Shown piece after piece: positions 10,971 to 21,823 of a stretch of DNA of 64,000 nt (the first letter of the stretch is position 1; each line of letters starts with the position of its first letter). The notes beneath the pieces were generated by a model. That model made no database searches, was not told the DNA's origin, and worked only from the letters and a program-made list of their open reading frames with translations. The stretch is from a virus (taxonomy: Duplodnaviria > Caudoviricetes), in IMG/VR virus record IMGVR_UViG_3300021431_000079, positions 1 through 64,000 of that record. One strand, written 5' to 3'. The translations under genes were made by a program, and so were the position numbers.

Positions 10971-12709
10971 TACATTACTCCTTCTACTCGTCCTTCATCT
11001 CTGGCTTCTTCGCCTTTTTCTGATACATCATCTTCAAGTGGTCTGCCACCAGTGCTATCAGGTGTTGGATCATATACGCCACCAGATCTCTTGGTTGTAT
11101 TAGCATCTATATCACCATTTGGACGGAAGCTCGTTGAATAACTGCTCATCAATGGTTTCATTAAGTCTTTAATACCAGATAGATTCTCAAAGCGTAACAT
11201 ATTCCATGCTTCTTGTGGAGTAAGATCAAGAGATGTTAAGTAATCCAAAGCAGGAGCACCGAGCGTTGCGGCATCCTTCTTTTCCTTAATATATTCATCC
11301 TTGTTATACCAAGTTTGTTTATGAAGCTTAAACGTAATGTGTTCGCTCATATTTCTTTTGATGAAATAATTAAAATTATCAGTAAGCTTATCCACCATAA
11401 TGAATGTTGTGGCAGTATCATTTGCAATTGCCTGCTTAAGTCCAATTGAATTCGTTGAAGAACCAGATGAAACCACAAGCTGAGACGCACCCGCCTGAGA
11501 GAACACGTTGTTTATAGACCTCGAAATCATATCTACATCATTAGTAGAATTTGATCTATCGAATGTAACAGACTCAAGATCCATAGGAGAGTAAGCAGTA
11601 CCAACAAGGTCAGGAACTGCGGCATCAATTAATTTCTGTGTCTCCTTAATAATGTCCAGAGAGACAGCAAAATCATCAACCCTATCAGAATCTATAAGAG
11701 GAATCTTACTTACTAACAAAACGTAGTTTTCAAGAATAGCTTTATCAGCGGTAAGCTGTTCATAGTCAAGCACATCAAGAAGAGGAATCATAATACCAGT
11801 AAAAAATGGAAGAGGATAAAGTGCCTCACTATCATCATTAGCTATGGCGCACATACTTTTTTCAGGTGGTAACATAAACCAACGACTGTTCTTTCTGTCA
11901 TTCTTATATGCTTTCCATCCTTCTATAAACACAGTATCCCATAAACCAGTTGTATCAGTTGGATCATCTGGGTTACTTGATTCTACGAATATCCTGTTAT
12001 TTCCTACAGCAAAATAAGAGGCATCAAAATATACAATGAACTGACCATTTTCATTTTTTCCAATTATCTTGCAATACTTCGGATCTAATGCTTGAATAAA
12101 CGAGCCATCTTCCTTGAAATGATAAATGTATCCATAATACACACCATCTCGAATTAAATATATCATCATGTTCGTAAATTCTTTTGGAATGTCTATTGCG
12201 TTCAAACGCTTGATAACCTTCTGATATTCACGCATTACCTTTTCATAATCTGCCTCTCTTATAATATCTGTCTTTATAGATACAGTATAATTATAAGTAG
12301 GTAAACTTGCATGATACAAAATTATCTTTTTATAAAGAGTAGAAGTCCTATACAAGTACCTCGACACCTCTCTGATATTATCCTGATTGGTATATGGATT
12401 TTGGAAAAACTTTTTAATTAAGTCTTTTGTATATGAGAAGAAAGACAGATTACCACTTCTTGAAACATTCTGAAGCAACAACTCTCTAACTTTTCTAAAA
12501 GCAATAGCCCTTTTTCTTTCCTCAACATTATCGTCTTCACTTTCTCTTTTAATCCGATAATCCATTCTTTTCTTATCTGGCAGAATAGAGGAATTATCTT
12601 CAACTTCATTTTTCTTTTTTGTTTTCTGTGCCGCTCCTATTGACTTATTACCATCAACTTGATTGTATTTCCTAACAATATCAGCGGCGGTAGATTTAGA
12701 ATTAGCCAA
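10970..12709 (-). CDS. portal protein (YonE-like)
   Basis: About 580 aa directly after terminase; C-terminal GGRP motif; TTG start chosen. Confidence 0.8.
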   Translation of the reverse strand: MANSKSTAADIVRKYNQVDGNKSIGAAQKTKKKNEVEDNSSILPDKKRMDYRIKRESEDDNVEERKRAIAFRKVRELLLQNVSRSGNLSFFSYTKDLIKKFFQNPYTNQDNIREVSRYLYRTSTLYKKIILYHASLPTYNYTVSIKTDIIREADYEKVMREYQKVIKRLNAIDIPKEFTNMMIYLIRDGVYYGYIYHFKEDGSFIQALDPKYCKIIGKNENGQFIVYFDASYFAVGNNRIFVESSNPDDPTDTTGLWDTVFIEGWKAYKNDRKNSRWFMLPPEKSMCAIANDDSEALYPLPFFTGIMIPLLDVLDYEQLTADKAILENYVLLVSKIPLIDSDRVDDFAVSLDIIKETQKLIDAAVPDLVGTAYSPMDLESVTFDRSNSTNDVDMISRSINNVFSQAGASQLVVSSGSSTNSIGLKQAIANDTATTFIMVDKLTDNFNYFIKRNMSEHITFKLHKQTWYNKDEYIKEKKDAATLGAPALDYLTSLDLTPQEAWNMLRFENLSGIKDLMKPLMSSYSTSFRPNGDIDANTTKRSGGVYDPTPDSTGGRPLEDDVSEKGEEARDEGRVEGVM

Positions 12710-12725
12710 TAAACAACACCCCCAA

Positions 12726-14504
12726 TCATCTACCAAATGCCCCTATCTTGGGCTTCTTGAAATACGCATAATTTATTAACTGCCCTTTATCAATGGTGGG
12801 CTTTTGTTCCTTAATAGATATATCTGACGCAATCTTATAAGAGTATGCGAGAGAAGAGTATCTATCCTTTCTGTTCCCAGAACGCTCTTTAACTTTTACC
12901 ATTGTGCCATTTTGTGTATAATCTAAATTAACGATCTCGTTTATTAATAGAGATGTTTGTATATAAGGAAGCTTTAACATGTGTCTATCATTTTGAGAAA
13001 GCTTGTTATATCCCTTAATCTTTGGTAACACATCATCTGCATCATTCTCTGTGATAAGAAGATTAATCTTGTTGTTCTGGAATCCTGCCCTTAATCCAAA
13101 GGCAATATCGCTATTAAATTGCGGAGAAGCTTTTATACTCCACACAACCTTTTTAGCATTTTTAACCTTACAACGATCTGCCATAACAGAATCGTTTACA
13201 CAGTTTAATGCATCGTAAGTTGTTTGATATTCATCGTCATATTGGTTTTTTATTATATAGTCAAACACGCCAAGTCCTTGTCCTGCTGTGTCAAGCACTA
13301 AATCAGTGCATTCGAATTGATAAAACAACCTCATAACAAGGATACCAAGTTGGTCTGTTGTTAGACCTTCATTACTTTCTATATAAACAATATTACTTAT
13401 ATATTCATTTGAACTTTCCGTTGGGATCGCACTATTGATAATCAGAGCAGAAGCGTCATTATTCTGCTTCTTACGACTCTTCATAAGTGCAACGTCAACA
13501 GATAAGATTCTCCGCTCATTATGTTGTAATGGCGGCGGTTTAATATTTAACGCTCTATATATTTCCAGTGGATATAAGGAATATTTAATTTTCCTTCTAT
13601 CTGAAATACTTTGATATGTAAAGAAACTTCCATCAGAATCGCTATAAAACAAACACCCAGACTCCATCAAGAATGAAATTTCATCGAAGCTTGCTTCACT
13701 CATCTTGTCCTCATAGTCCTCCCTGAACTGAAGACCCTCTTTTATAGCGAGTTGGTAAGGTATTCCACAACAAAAATATTTTTTGTTTTCATCTAACATA
13801 TTTACGAAATATGATTTCAATTCATCATATGTCCAGTTGGATTTTGTGGAGCAAGAACTTGCCATAAGAATAGAGTTACGTTCCTTTAGATGTGCATACT
13901 CTGGCTTCTCTAAGTAGCGAGGAGCACGAGGAGAAGTCAGGAAGTTTTTAAGAACCGTATTGATTACGGAATGATCAACAAGCACAACTTCATCTATAAT
14001 AAGGATGTTTGCTCTGTTATGACGAGACGAATCATTTGCCACAACAGTATGGATCAAAGAACCATTCTTGAAACCGATATGAGGATAATTCACACTGTCA
14101 GAATAATCATCTATTTCCGAACATAGATTCATAGACCCCCAACCATGTAACTTCATGAAGTCATTCATAATTCTCGTGATAATCTCACGGCTCTGTTCCT
14201 TTCTGAACGAAGCTACACAGATAACTGTTCCGGGATATAAGATACATCTGATTACAGCATACAGCGCAAGCAAGTGCGTTTTACCAATACCTCTTCCTGC
14301 CCAAAACATATTATTTATGTTGTGCATAAACTCATACAGATTTATTTTTTGAAACGGTTTCAAGTTTGTGATATTCAGATAATCAACCGCAAACTTGCTT
14401 GGATTCTCTCTATAATAAGCACACCAAGCCGCAACACCTTCCATGAGTCGTGTAGATTTTTCTTGATAAATATCTTGTAATGACTTCTTCTTATCATCAG
14501 ACAT
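12726..14504 (-). CDS. terminase large subunit (YonF-like)
   Basis: Walker A GRGIGKT, Walker B LIIDE, nuclease ILSVDVA and C-terminal KDRYSS motifs. Confidence 0.9.
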   Translation of the reverse strand: MSDDKKKSLQDIYQEKSTRLMEGVAAWCAYYRENPSKFAVDYLNITNLKPFQKINLYEFMHNINNMFWAGRGIGKTHLLALYAVIRCILYPGTVICVASFRKEQSREIITRIMNDFMKLHGWGSMNLCSEIDDYSDSVNYPHIGFKNGSLIHTVVANDSSRHNRANILIIDEVVLVDHSVINTVLKNFLTSPRAPRYLEKPEYAHLKERNSILMASSCSTKSNWTYDELKSYFVNMLDENKKYFCCGIPYQLAIKEGLQFREDYEDKMSEASFDEISFLMESGCLFYSDSDGSFFTYQSISDRRKIKYSLYPLEIYRALNIKPPPLQHNERRILSVDVALMKSRKKQNNDASALIINSAIPTESSNEYISNIVYIESNEGLTTDQLGILVMRLFYQFECTDLVLDTAGQGLGVFDYIIKNQYDDEYQTTYDALNCVNDSVMADRCKVKNAKKVVWSIKASPQFNSDIAFGLRAGFQNNKINLLITENDADDVLPKIKGYNKLSQNDRHMLKLPYIQTSLLINEIVNLDYTQNGTMVKVKERSGNRKDRYSSLAYSYKIASDISIKEQKPTIDKGQLINYAYFKKPKIGAFGR

Positions 14505-14517
14505 GACGCATCACCGC

Positions 14518-15597
14518 TTAATAGTCCTCAACATTAGAGAAGATTTTGTCAAACAAAGCCTCATTTGTTTCATCATCATCCTGATTGTACTCTGGCTTTT
14601 TCACAGTATATTTATCCATAACCTTCTCATAGATATGAGAGAAGGAGTTTGGGATGTTCAGCATTTTACTCATATGTCCACGGTAGAATGCATCAATATA
14701 TAATCCCATCTTATCTACATCCTTCAGGTCTTCATCAACCTCTGGAATTGGTCTTGTGTTTTCCCATTTCTGGATGAGTGTACCAAATGTCTGTGCATCT
14801 GACATAGCATCCATATTTCCTGCATTTTGTTTAGGCTGAATATTTTGGGTAGCAAGTAGCTCCTGCAAGCTTTTGTCTAAATCCTTAGTAGATTTACCTT
14901 CCCTTCTTGCTTTCATAGCGTCAAGCTTATTAAAGCAAATCCTTTCAAAGATTTCCTCCTGTGCTTTAGTCTGACACTCATATCTGCCAACCCAGTCCTC
15001 ATATTCGTTCTCAAGGAATATAAGATCATCGTCTGGCATATTCCCAAAACGTTTCCTTGCTTTATTTAATTTCTCTACATTTTCTCTTGCTTCTTCGGTA
15101 ACAACCACATTAGCTTTATTTGTATCGCCAAATTGAGAATCATCCCATCTCAAATCCTTATACTGATTCAGTGTTTTTATCATTGGAATATATGATGCGA
15201 AAGGAGAAAATCTTGTTTTTTCCTTTGTGTTATCCATAGCACTCTTTACGCATGATTCGTACAGTTCATCAATATATGGCCTGTCCATAAGTCTTAAAAC
15301 AAACTGAACAGAATCCTTTGTTTCTCTGGGTTCATCTCTGGTTGTTTTTCTTTGTTCTACCATCATCTGTACACAATTTTTACAGATATAAAAATATCCA
15401 GATTCATTGTCTTCGTCCGTATAGAAGTTTGCCGAAGAGACGAACTTATTACAGTGGTGACAATAAAGATACTTCTTCACATCTGGATCTGTAATTCTGT
15501 TATACTCAGTTGCGAGAGAAGAGTAAGCTTTTCTTACATCAGCAATAGACATTGCCTTGATCTCTGCGTCTGTTTTGGCTTTCAATAAAACAGCCAT
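14518..15597 (-). CDS. putative terminase small subunit / zinc-finger DNA-packaging protein
   Basis: CHHC...CKNC zinc-finger, immediately upstream of the large terminase. Confidence 0.6.
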   Translation of the reverse strand: MAVLLKAKTDAEIKAMSIADVRKAYSSLATEYNRITDPDVKKYLYCHHCNKFVSSANFYTDEDNESGYFYICKNCVQMMVEQRKTTRDEPRETKDSVQFVLRLMDRPYIDELYESCVKSAMDNTKEKTRFSPFASYIPMIKTLNQYKDLRWDDSQFGDTNKANVVVTEEARENVEKLNKARKRFGNMPDDDLIFLENEYEDWVGRYECQTKAQEEIFERICFNKLDAMKARREGKSTKDLDKSLQELLATQNIQPKQNAGNMDAMSDAQTFGTLIQKWENTRPIPEVDEDLKDVDKMGLYIDAFYRGHMSKMLNIPNSFSHIYEKVMDKYTVKKPEYNQDDDETNEALFDKIFSNVEDY

Positions 15598-15699
15598 TTG
15601 ACTTCCTCCTTATTTTCATTATTTATATACATAAAATAATATTATGCATATATGTAAACAAACAAATTGATTTAATTTGTTCACTTAAATATGTGCATA

Positions 15700-15735
15700 A
15701 AAAAAATAAGGACAAGCCATAAAGACTTGTCCTTT
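15700..15735 (-). terminator. intrinsic terminator after accessory cassette
   Basis: AAGGACAAG/CTTGTCCTT stem plus U-rich tail. Confidence 0.6.
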
Positions 15736-15742
15736 AATTATT

Positions 15743-15844
15743 TTAATAAAACCCCCTCTGGATGTCTTCCCAGTTCTTGTTGTCGCCGGGCTTAGGGGTC
15801 GTGTCGGTGGGGTTGTAGTAGGGGTTGATATATGTGGTATACAT
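15743..15844 (-). pseudogene. 33 aa ORF, possible truncated gene remnant (MYTTYINPYYNPTDTTPKPGDNKNWEDIQRGFY)
   Basis: GAGGTG RBS and ATG at 15844; C-ending codons unlike the flanks. Confidence 0.4.
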
Positions 15845-15856
15845 GGTAACACCTCA

Positions 15857-18229
15857 TCACACCGACTTGCTTAAACCCATTGCATAAAGCAGGAAATTCG
15901 GCGAAATTGTATTAGTCCCTTCGGAGTATAATATTAAAATAACGTTACGTACGTTAACATTTGTATTAACAACCGGGCCATAATATACCCCAGATTCACC
16001 CGTCACTTGTATAGACAAAATAGACGCATATGCCAGTAAAGAGGCGCTTAGTGGTTTAGCGAATAAAACCGCAGACTTAAAACCCTTCTCCCGCAATCTT
16101 CCCAAAGCAGAGTAAACACTAGAAGCTGCACTTGTGTCAATTACATGATATGTTTTACCCGGTTCAGTGGTAATTTGATCGGCGCCCATGGTTCCGATAA
16201 TCTCGGTATTATCTCTCCCTTCCTTCATCGCTTCCAGTTCCGTCGCCGTTACGCTGGTTTCGTCTTCTGTACCTTTCCCAAGGGTCAGGCCGGCCGAGGT
16301 TTCAAGCTGAGTAGTGAATGAAGAGGATGAATCAGAACCCGATCCACCATTTGGATTATTGATAACAATAGCACCACCATCTGAGTTAACCCCAATAACA
16401 TGAGCCACATAATCCTCATCAGTCCCATTACTGATATTAACGGTAACCATACTTTCATTGAACATCTCTAACAGTTCAGAAGCAGATACCTCTTGAGTAT
16501 GCTCTTCATCATAAAACAGATCAGTTCCATCACCATAGAGTTCCTTCGTGAAACCATTTCCATAGTTAATGTGTTCTGTATATACTGGATATGCAATCTC
16601 ATCATTATCTCTCACAATAACAATAGATCTACATAAAATATTCTGCGTATTATCAATTGGCTCAAAAGAGGTATACGTTGCCCTCTTCTGATAACCACCA
16701 CCTGCAAGTGTGTTATACTTCGGATTCTCCTGAACCCTATAAAGATAATGCTCCTTCTCGGTAGTATCATTCTCATATGTCAACACAACCATTGTTGGGA
16801 TAGCAGTAGCCAACAATATCTTAGCAACATCTATATTCAGTATAGTTGCCTGACCTGCACCCTCAGAATACTGAACATAAATTCTCGCATACTTATCATA
16901 CCAAGTAGGAATAAGACTTGTCTCATCATTCAGCAGTGGAATAACTGCGGCATTACTATTTGCATAATTGCAAACATATACCTTATTATCTCCACTTTCA
17001 ACAAGTCCAAAAATATATGTTGTTCCACCATCAGTGACTTCTAATCGTTTTACATCATCATTTCTAACCAGATCATTTACAGTTGCAGATTCATCATCAA
17101 TCTCTAAACCAGAAATAGCATTATTAACAATGGTATATGTAGCAACAGAATCAACCTTACTTGTCAGATCAGTTACATCTTCTTCAAGATAATCAAGCTG
17201 ATCAGTAATGTTATTAATCACTCCTGCGTTTAAAATTGTCTCATCATTATTACCTTTGGATAAGACAATTCCACCACCAACACTTAACGAACCAGATATT
17301 TCTTCATTACCTTCCCAGTCAAGTGTACGAGCATTCCTTCTGCTGTTTTGTGCAGTACCATTACCGACAATCTCTACATACTTGCCTTTATTATCCTGTT
17401 GGTTACTATAAGTATCTACAATATTATATTGTCCAAATACGTGCTGTGCATCTCTGTTAGCAGTAGTATAATATCCCTCAGCGTGAGCATAGTTTCCACC
17501 TACGACAGTACCCAGACCTTCGGCGTGAGCACCCTCAGCAGTAGCAGAAGTATCTTTACCTTCTGTGTGAGCATAATTACCACGACTATCAGTATTGTAT
17601 CCTTCAGCATGACCATACTGTCCAGTTACACTTGTACTGTATCCTTCAGCGTGACCACCAATTGCATACACACCAACAGATGTTTCGTTTCCTTCAGCGT
17701 GAGAATGATCACCACTTGCATCAGTAGCGTTCCCCTCTGCATGAGCGGCGAGACCACCTGCTTGAGTATTTCTACCCTGAGCAACAGCGTCAGTTCCAAC
17801 AGCAGAAGTAGCTCCAATCTGTTTAACAGCGCGAGAACCTTCACCATTGATCCAGTTGCTTTCAGTGGCAGAACCGCCTCCTCCAATAACTCCACTCTGA
17901 GCTATACTTATATCTACATCAGAATACGCTGTACCCCAAGTAACCTCGTATCCGTCTTCACCTTCTCTGACAGTGCAAATTAAATTACCAAGGCCATCAT
18001 TGATTTCAACACCATTTGGTATCACAATGTATTCGGCCTTGATCATCACACCATCAAGCATAGCAAAAACATCAACAGTTTCATCATTCAGAGAATCCCA
18101 AACTTTAGTTGTTACATCAACCTGCTCCTGTCCATTTTTAAGAGACATAGCAGAGGTCATACCTGCGTCAAGCACAGCAACCTTTTCATCAATCTTCTTT
18201 TTCAGGAGTGCATATGTTATAAGATCCAT
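15857..18229 (-). CDS. adhesin/fibre-like protein with YadA-head-like HAEG repeats
   Basis: Tandem repeats of about 14 aa (AHAEGxxTxAxG), a coiled-coil stalk and a mosaic C-terminus. Confidence 0.7.
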   Translation of the reverse strand: MDLITYALLKKKIDEKVAVLDAGMTSAMSLKNGQEQVDVTTKVWDSLNDETVDVFAMLDGVMIKAEYIVIPNGVEINDGLGNLICTVREGEDGYEVTWGTAYSDVDISIAQSGVIGGGGSATESNWINGEGSRAVKQIGATSAVGTDAVAQGRNTQAGGLAAHAEGNATDASGDHSHAEGNETSVGVYAIGGHAEGYSTSVTGQYGHAEGYNTDSRGNYAHTEGKDTSATAEGAHAEGLGTVVGGNYAHAEGYYTTANRDAQHVFGQYNIVDTYSNQQDNKGKYVEIVGNGTAQNSRRNARTLDWEGNEEISGSLSVGGGIVLSKGNNDETILNAGVINNITDQLDYLEEDVTDLTSKVDSVATYTIVNNAISGLEIDDESATVNDLVRNDDVKRLEVTDGGTTYIFGLVESGDNKVYVCNYANSNAAVIPLLNDETSLIPTWYDKYARIYVQYSEGAGQATILNIDVAKILLATAIPTMVVLTYENDTTEKEHYLYRVQENPKYNTLAGGGYQKRATYTSFEPIDNTQNILCRSIVIVRDNDEIAYPVYTEHINYGNGFTKELYGDGTDLFYDEEHTQEVSASELLEMFNESMVTVNISNGTDEDYVAHVIGVNSDGGAIVINNPNGGSGSDSSSSFTTQLETSAGLTLGKGTEDETSVTATELEAMKEGRDNTEIIGTMGADQITTEPGKTYHVIDTSAASSVYSALGRLREKGFKSAVLFAKPLSASLLAYASILSIQVTGESGVYYGPVVNTNVNVRNVILILYSEGTNTISPNFLLYAMGLSKSV

Positions 18230-18241
18230 ATTAAGCCCTCC

Positions 18242-18469
18242 TTATAATTTCTTCCATTCACCAGATGAGTTTAACATATATACATCCGATGTTTCTATTA
18301 CAATTGCCACAGAACCAGTGGCGCATCTCTCTTTATGAGTATTCCTTCCATATTCATCCTCATGAGGTTGATTTGTTGGAAGGTCTTGCAGATCAGCAAC
18401 AGTATCACAAGTAAACTCTCTGTAAAGAGGATTATTCTTTCTATCTTCAACAGTCAATACTGAATACAT
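18242..18469 (-). CDS. small hypothetical protein paired with the adhesin-like gene
   Basis: 75 aa, GAGGT RBS, GSVAIVIETSDVYMLNSSGEWKKL motif. Confidence 0.7.
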   Translation of the reverse strand: MYSVLTVEDRKNNPLYREFTCDTVADLQDLPTNQPHEDEYGRNTHKERCATGSVAIVIETSDVYMLNSSGEWKKL

Positions 18470-18493
18470 CTGTACTTACCTCACCTTCTTATA

Positions 18494-19519
18494 TTATGTA
18501 AATAATTCATCAGCTTCAGCTTCATCATCAATACCGCACACATATATTTTCGTTGTCTCTGCGGAATTGTGACCAAGTAATGATCTAACAACCTCAATAC
18601 TCTTTCCGTCCTCAACGACTCTAACTGTCGCTGAAGCACTTCGAAAAGCATGAGGATAAATTCGTCTTCCTAAAATTGGAGTCAAAATATCCATACAAAT
18701 ATCATTGAGCGTAGCAGGTGTAGCAGGAACATAATTTCCATGATCCTTCGTTATGAACATTTCATTTACATTATCCTCTCCACGAACCTCTATCCATTTC
18801 TTAAAAGCGTCCATAGAATAGTCAGAGAATTTCAACTGCCTAATCTTACCAGTCTTGCCCCTACCCTTACAACGTATCTTAGGAGTCTGGTAATATTCAG
18901 CGGTTTTCTTCTCTACGCTTCCGTCTTCATTTTTTACCTCAACCTCTTTTACAATTTTCTCAGCATTGATAATATCCTTCTGAATCTGAAGCAACTCGCC
19001 TCTACGACACCCAGTTTCAAATGCGAATTTAATAAAAGCTATAATCATGTATTTGTTCCAACGATTACTCTTTTCTACCTCATCACAAAGCATCATGATT
19101 TCTTTGCGGGTAGGTGGATTTTTTTCATGAACATAACTTTTCTCTGGCACAGGAATAGAAGAGTTTACACAATTCCTGAACATTGGATATTCGTCTAAAT
19201 AGTAAACTTCAATATAGTTATTAAGACTACTAATAGTGGAACGCTTTGTTCTTATATCAGAACTTGAGCATCCTCTGTTAACCAACCAGTTCTGAAACTT
19301 TAGATATTCCCTTGGTTTTATTTCTGTCACATTCTTGTTGTTCAAATTATCTTTGATCCATTTTAGCCAAATACGAAGACTTGACTTATATGCAAATAGC
19401 GTCTTGTCAGAAAGCTGTGTTGAGTTTACCAAAAAGTCCTCCACAAGTTCTCTGTTCAACTGATTACATAATGCATACTCTTCGTCAGTAATGGGTGGCA
19501 ACTTTATCAATCTCATCAC
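18494..19519 (-). CDS. tyrosine recombinase (XerC/D-like)
   Basis: GCRRGE, KG, HAFR, LGH and TKIY catalytic residues all present. Confidence 0.88.
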   Translation of the reverse strand: MMRLIKLPPITDEEYALCNQLNRELVEDFLVNSTQLSDKTLFAYKSSLRIWLKWIKDNLNNKNVTEIKPREYLKFQNWLVNRGCSSSDIRTKRSTISSLNNYIEVYYLDEYPMFRNCVNSSIPVPEKSYVHEKNPPTRKEIMMLCDEVEKSNRWNKYMIIAFIKFAFETGCRRGELLQIQKDIINAEKIVKEVEVKNEDGSVEKKTAEYYQTPKIRCKGRGKTGKIRQLKFSDYSMDAFKKWIEVRGEDNVNEMFITKDHGNYVPATPATLNDICMDILTPILGRRIYPHAFRSASATVRVVEDGKSIEVVRSLLGHNSAETTKIYVCGIDDEAEADELFT

Positions 19520-19639
19520 ATCCTTTCATAGCATAAAAATTTTAAAGCACTTATAAATATTTGTAAAATATATTACACGCATTGATAAATGCTTTAAAAT
19601 ATACAAAAATATATAAAGATATTTATTGTAAAAAAGAAG

Positions 19640-19670
19640 AACAAAAAGGAGGACTGTTAAAGTCCTCCTC
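19640..19670 (-). terminator. intrinsic terminator
   Basis: AGGAGGAC/GTCCTCCT stem plus U-run on the minus strand. Confidence 0.65.
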
Positions 19671-19742
19671 TATAAATAAAAATATAATTTATGGATAAGC
19701 ACAGCCCCAGTGGAATAACCACCAAAGCCATGCTCATTAGCT

Positions 19743-20195
19743 TTATTCATATTCAATCCCAAATAACATAACTTCTTGGAAATTGTTCAAGCAATAATCA
19801 ACGATCTCTTGGTTTACATTATCTTGGTTAAGAAAACACCTAACATAATCATCACCGCCTAATGACATACATTTAAGCACGCATTGATTAGCACCATTTA
19901 TATTTCTGAAATTATATACTGGTTCAATATATATTCTTTTCTTTGCGTCAATATCAAGCAAATAATAATCAGCATTATTGTGATAGTGTTTTCCATCCCA
20001 TTCAATTGAATATACTTTAAATCCCATGTTCAGGCTCATTAACCTAAACATCAAATCTAAAATAAAATCGTTATTACCAAATACAGATATACTATCAAAT
20101 TCCTCTAAAAGATCAAAACGTATTATTATATCTTTTACTAAGTCATTCGTGTCTTCATAATCTTTGATCTCAAGATCTTCATATATGTTTTTCAA
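19743..20195 (-). CDS. hypothetical protein
   Basis: 150 aa ORF in operon. Confidence 0.65.
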   Translation of the reverse strand: MKNIYEDLEIKDYEDTNDLVKDIIIRFDLLEEFDSISVFGNNDFILDLMFRLMSLNMGFKVYSIEWDGKHYHNNADYYLLDIDAKKRIYIEPVYNFRNINGANQCVLKCMSLGGDDYVRCFLNQDNVNQEIVDYCLNNFQEVMLFGIEYE

Positions 20196-20217
20196 TAAGC
20201 ATCACCACCAGTTCCAA

Positions 20218-20538
20218 TTATTTCTCAGCAACGTCCCTCTTCCAGTTCGTGGCTACCTTTGCCCTTACCCTTCTGTGTGCAGGAACGTTCATCATTTCAC
20301 CAGTAGCAGGATTGCGTCTCTCAGCTTCCTCAACCATAGGAGTATCAAATGTCATGAAGCCCATGATTCTCACAGTGTTTCCTTCAATGGTAGCACCCAT
20401 GATGCCATCCATAAAATAGTTAAGAACACTCTTGATATTTGCCTTGGAAAGTGCAATACCATCATCCTTCATAGCTGCCTGAACTGCAACCACCAAATCA
20501 TTTAACGTAATAATCTCAGTCTTATTATTCTTGCTCAT
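20218..20538 (-). CDS. HU-like DNA-binding protein
   Basis: VRIMGFMTF...RRNPATGEMMNVPA HU/IHF signature. Confidence 0.88.
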   Translation of the reverse strand: MSKNNKTEIITLNDLVVAVQAAMKDDGIALSKANIKSVLNYFMDGIMGATIEGNTVRIMGFMTFDTPMVEEAERRNPATGEMMNVPAHRRVRAKVATNWKRDVAEK

Positions 20539-20566
20539 ATCTTTCTTTCTCCTTATAATCTCTTTT

Positions 20567-21811
20567 TTAATCTAACTTTATATTTCTTGTGCATTCCCTA
20601 CCTTCTTCATTATTCATGATCAAAAGTGTTTGACCCGCAGAGGAGTAGAGCCGTTTGTTGTTTGCGTAATCATCTGTTCCGCACAGACTTCTTACTATAA
20701 TGCTTTCTATGTCGAAAGCTTCAAATTCTTCAAGATGATGCTTATCCCCGGAAATCACATAATCAATTGACTTTCCAAATTTTCTTGTGAATAATGTATT
20801 GACAGTGACTCCAACATCTTTGATGTTATCAAGATCACCATGAATAGCGCATATGTTATATCCGAGAACACTTAACAACGTGAACTCTTTATATTCTGAT
20901 TCATACACTGTGACCTTGTGATTGTTTTGAAGCCTCTGCTTAATCCACCAAGGAAGAATCTTTTCCATATTATCTGTATGTACAGACTCTTTATTGTTTT
21001 GTATAGTTCTTGCGTGATTTCCATAACAAGAATAGAACTCGATATTTTCTACATATTTTGATAGTTTTTGAATCATTTCAGCCATAATTTCCGAAACATG
21101 CATCAACTGATCACATGTATCTTCCTCTGATGCAACTCTGCAAGAAATATGAATTGCTCCATGGAAAGCATCGCCAAGAGTTAAAATATATAAACGTTTT
21201 ATCTGGAAGAGCTTTAGGTATTCAATGGTTTTCTCTATGAGTTTTTCAACACGCTCTCTACAGATTTCCGTATTATATTTATTCCAAATATTATCTGTTA
21301 CCATTCCGTAATGCCAATCAGATAACACAAGGATTGCTTCTCTGTGACCAGAGTAATAAACATTATCTGGCGCAGGAGTATTTAGCGGAAGCTCCCTGTT
21401 TAATCTTTCAGCACATTCAAGAAGTTTTTCCGTAAGATTATCCGCTCTACCATCAGAAGCTAACAACTTGTTATACTCTCTGCGCTGATCACTTACTTGC
21501 TTCTTTATCTTATAAAGGTTGTCCTGTTGAATCTTAATTTCCTCAAGATGCTTGTCTCCTAATATGCTATCAAAAACACCTGCCTCATAGAACTTTCTGG
21601 CTGAAGCTACATCTTTTCTAAAAGCAGACTCACCTTTATAAGCTGAGAAATCTTCATTATATAACTGTCTGTTTACAACACCAACAACTTCTTCCCAGTT
21701 GTGATATATACCCTGACGAATTAATCCGTCAACCCTCCAAACATATTTATAATAATCCTCACCATCTCTGATCTTTAATTGATCTATATAAGTTGACTGT
21801 TTATCATCCAT
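20567..21811 (-). CDS. calcineurin-like metallophosphoesterase
   Basis: SDWH, GD, GNH, HGD and GDKHH motifs. Confidence 0.85.
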   Translation of the reverse strand: MDDKQSTYIDQLKIRDGEDYYKYVWRVDGLIRQGIYHNWEEVVGVVNRQLYNEDFSAYKGESAFRKDVASARKFYEAGVFDSILGDKHLEEIKIQQDNLYKIKKQVSDQRREYNKLLASDGRADNLTEKLLECAERLNRELPLNTPAPDNVYYSGHREAILVLSDWHYGMVTDNIWNKYNTEICRERVEKLIEKTIEYLKLFQIKRLYILTLGDAFHGAIHISCRVASEEDTCDQLMHVSEIMAEMIQKLSKYVENIEFYSCYGNHARTIQNNKESVHTDNMEKILPWWIKQRLQNNHKVTVYESEYKEFTLLSVLGYNICAIHGDLDNIKDVGVTVNTLFTRKFGKSIDYVISGDKHHLEEFEAFDIESIIVRSLCGTDDYANNKRLYSSAGQTLLIMNNEEGRECTRNIKLD

Positions 21812-21823
21812 GCACAGCCCTCA

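Noticed and set aside
15857-16340. Diversity-generating retroelement target at the adhesin C-terminus
   Set aside because: No reverse transcriptase and no template repeat seen in the window.
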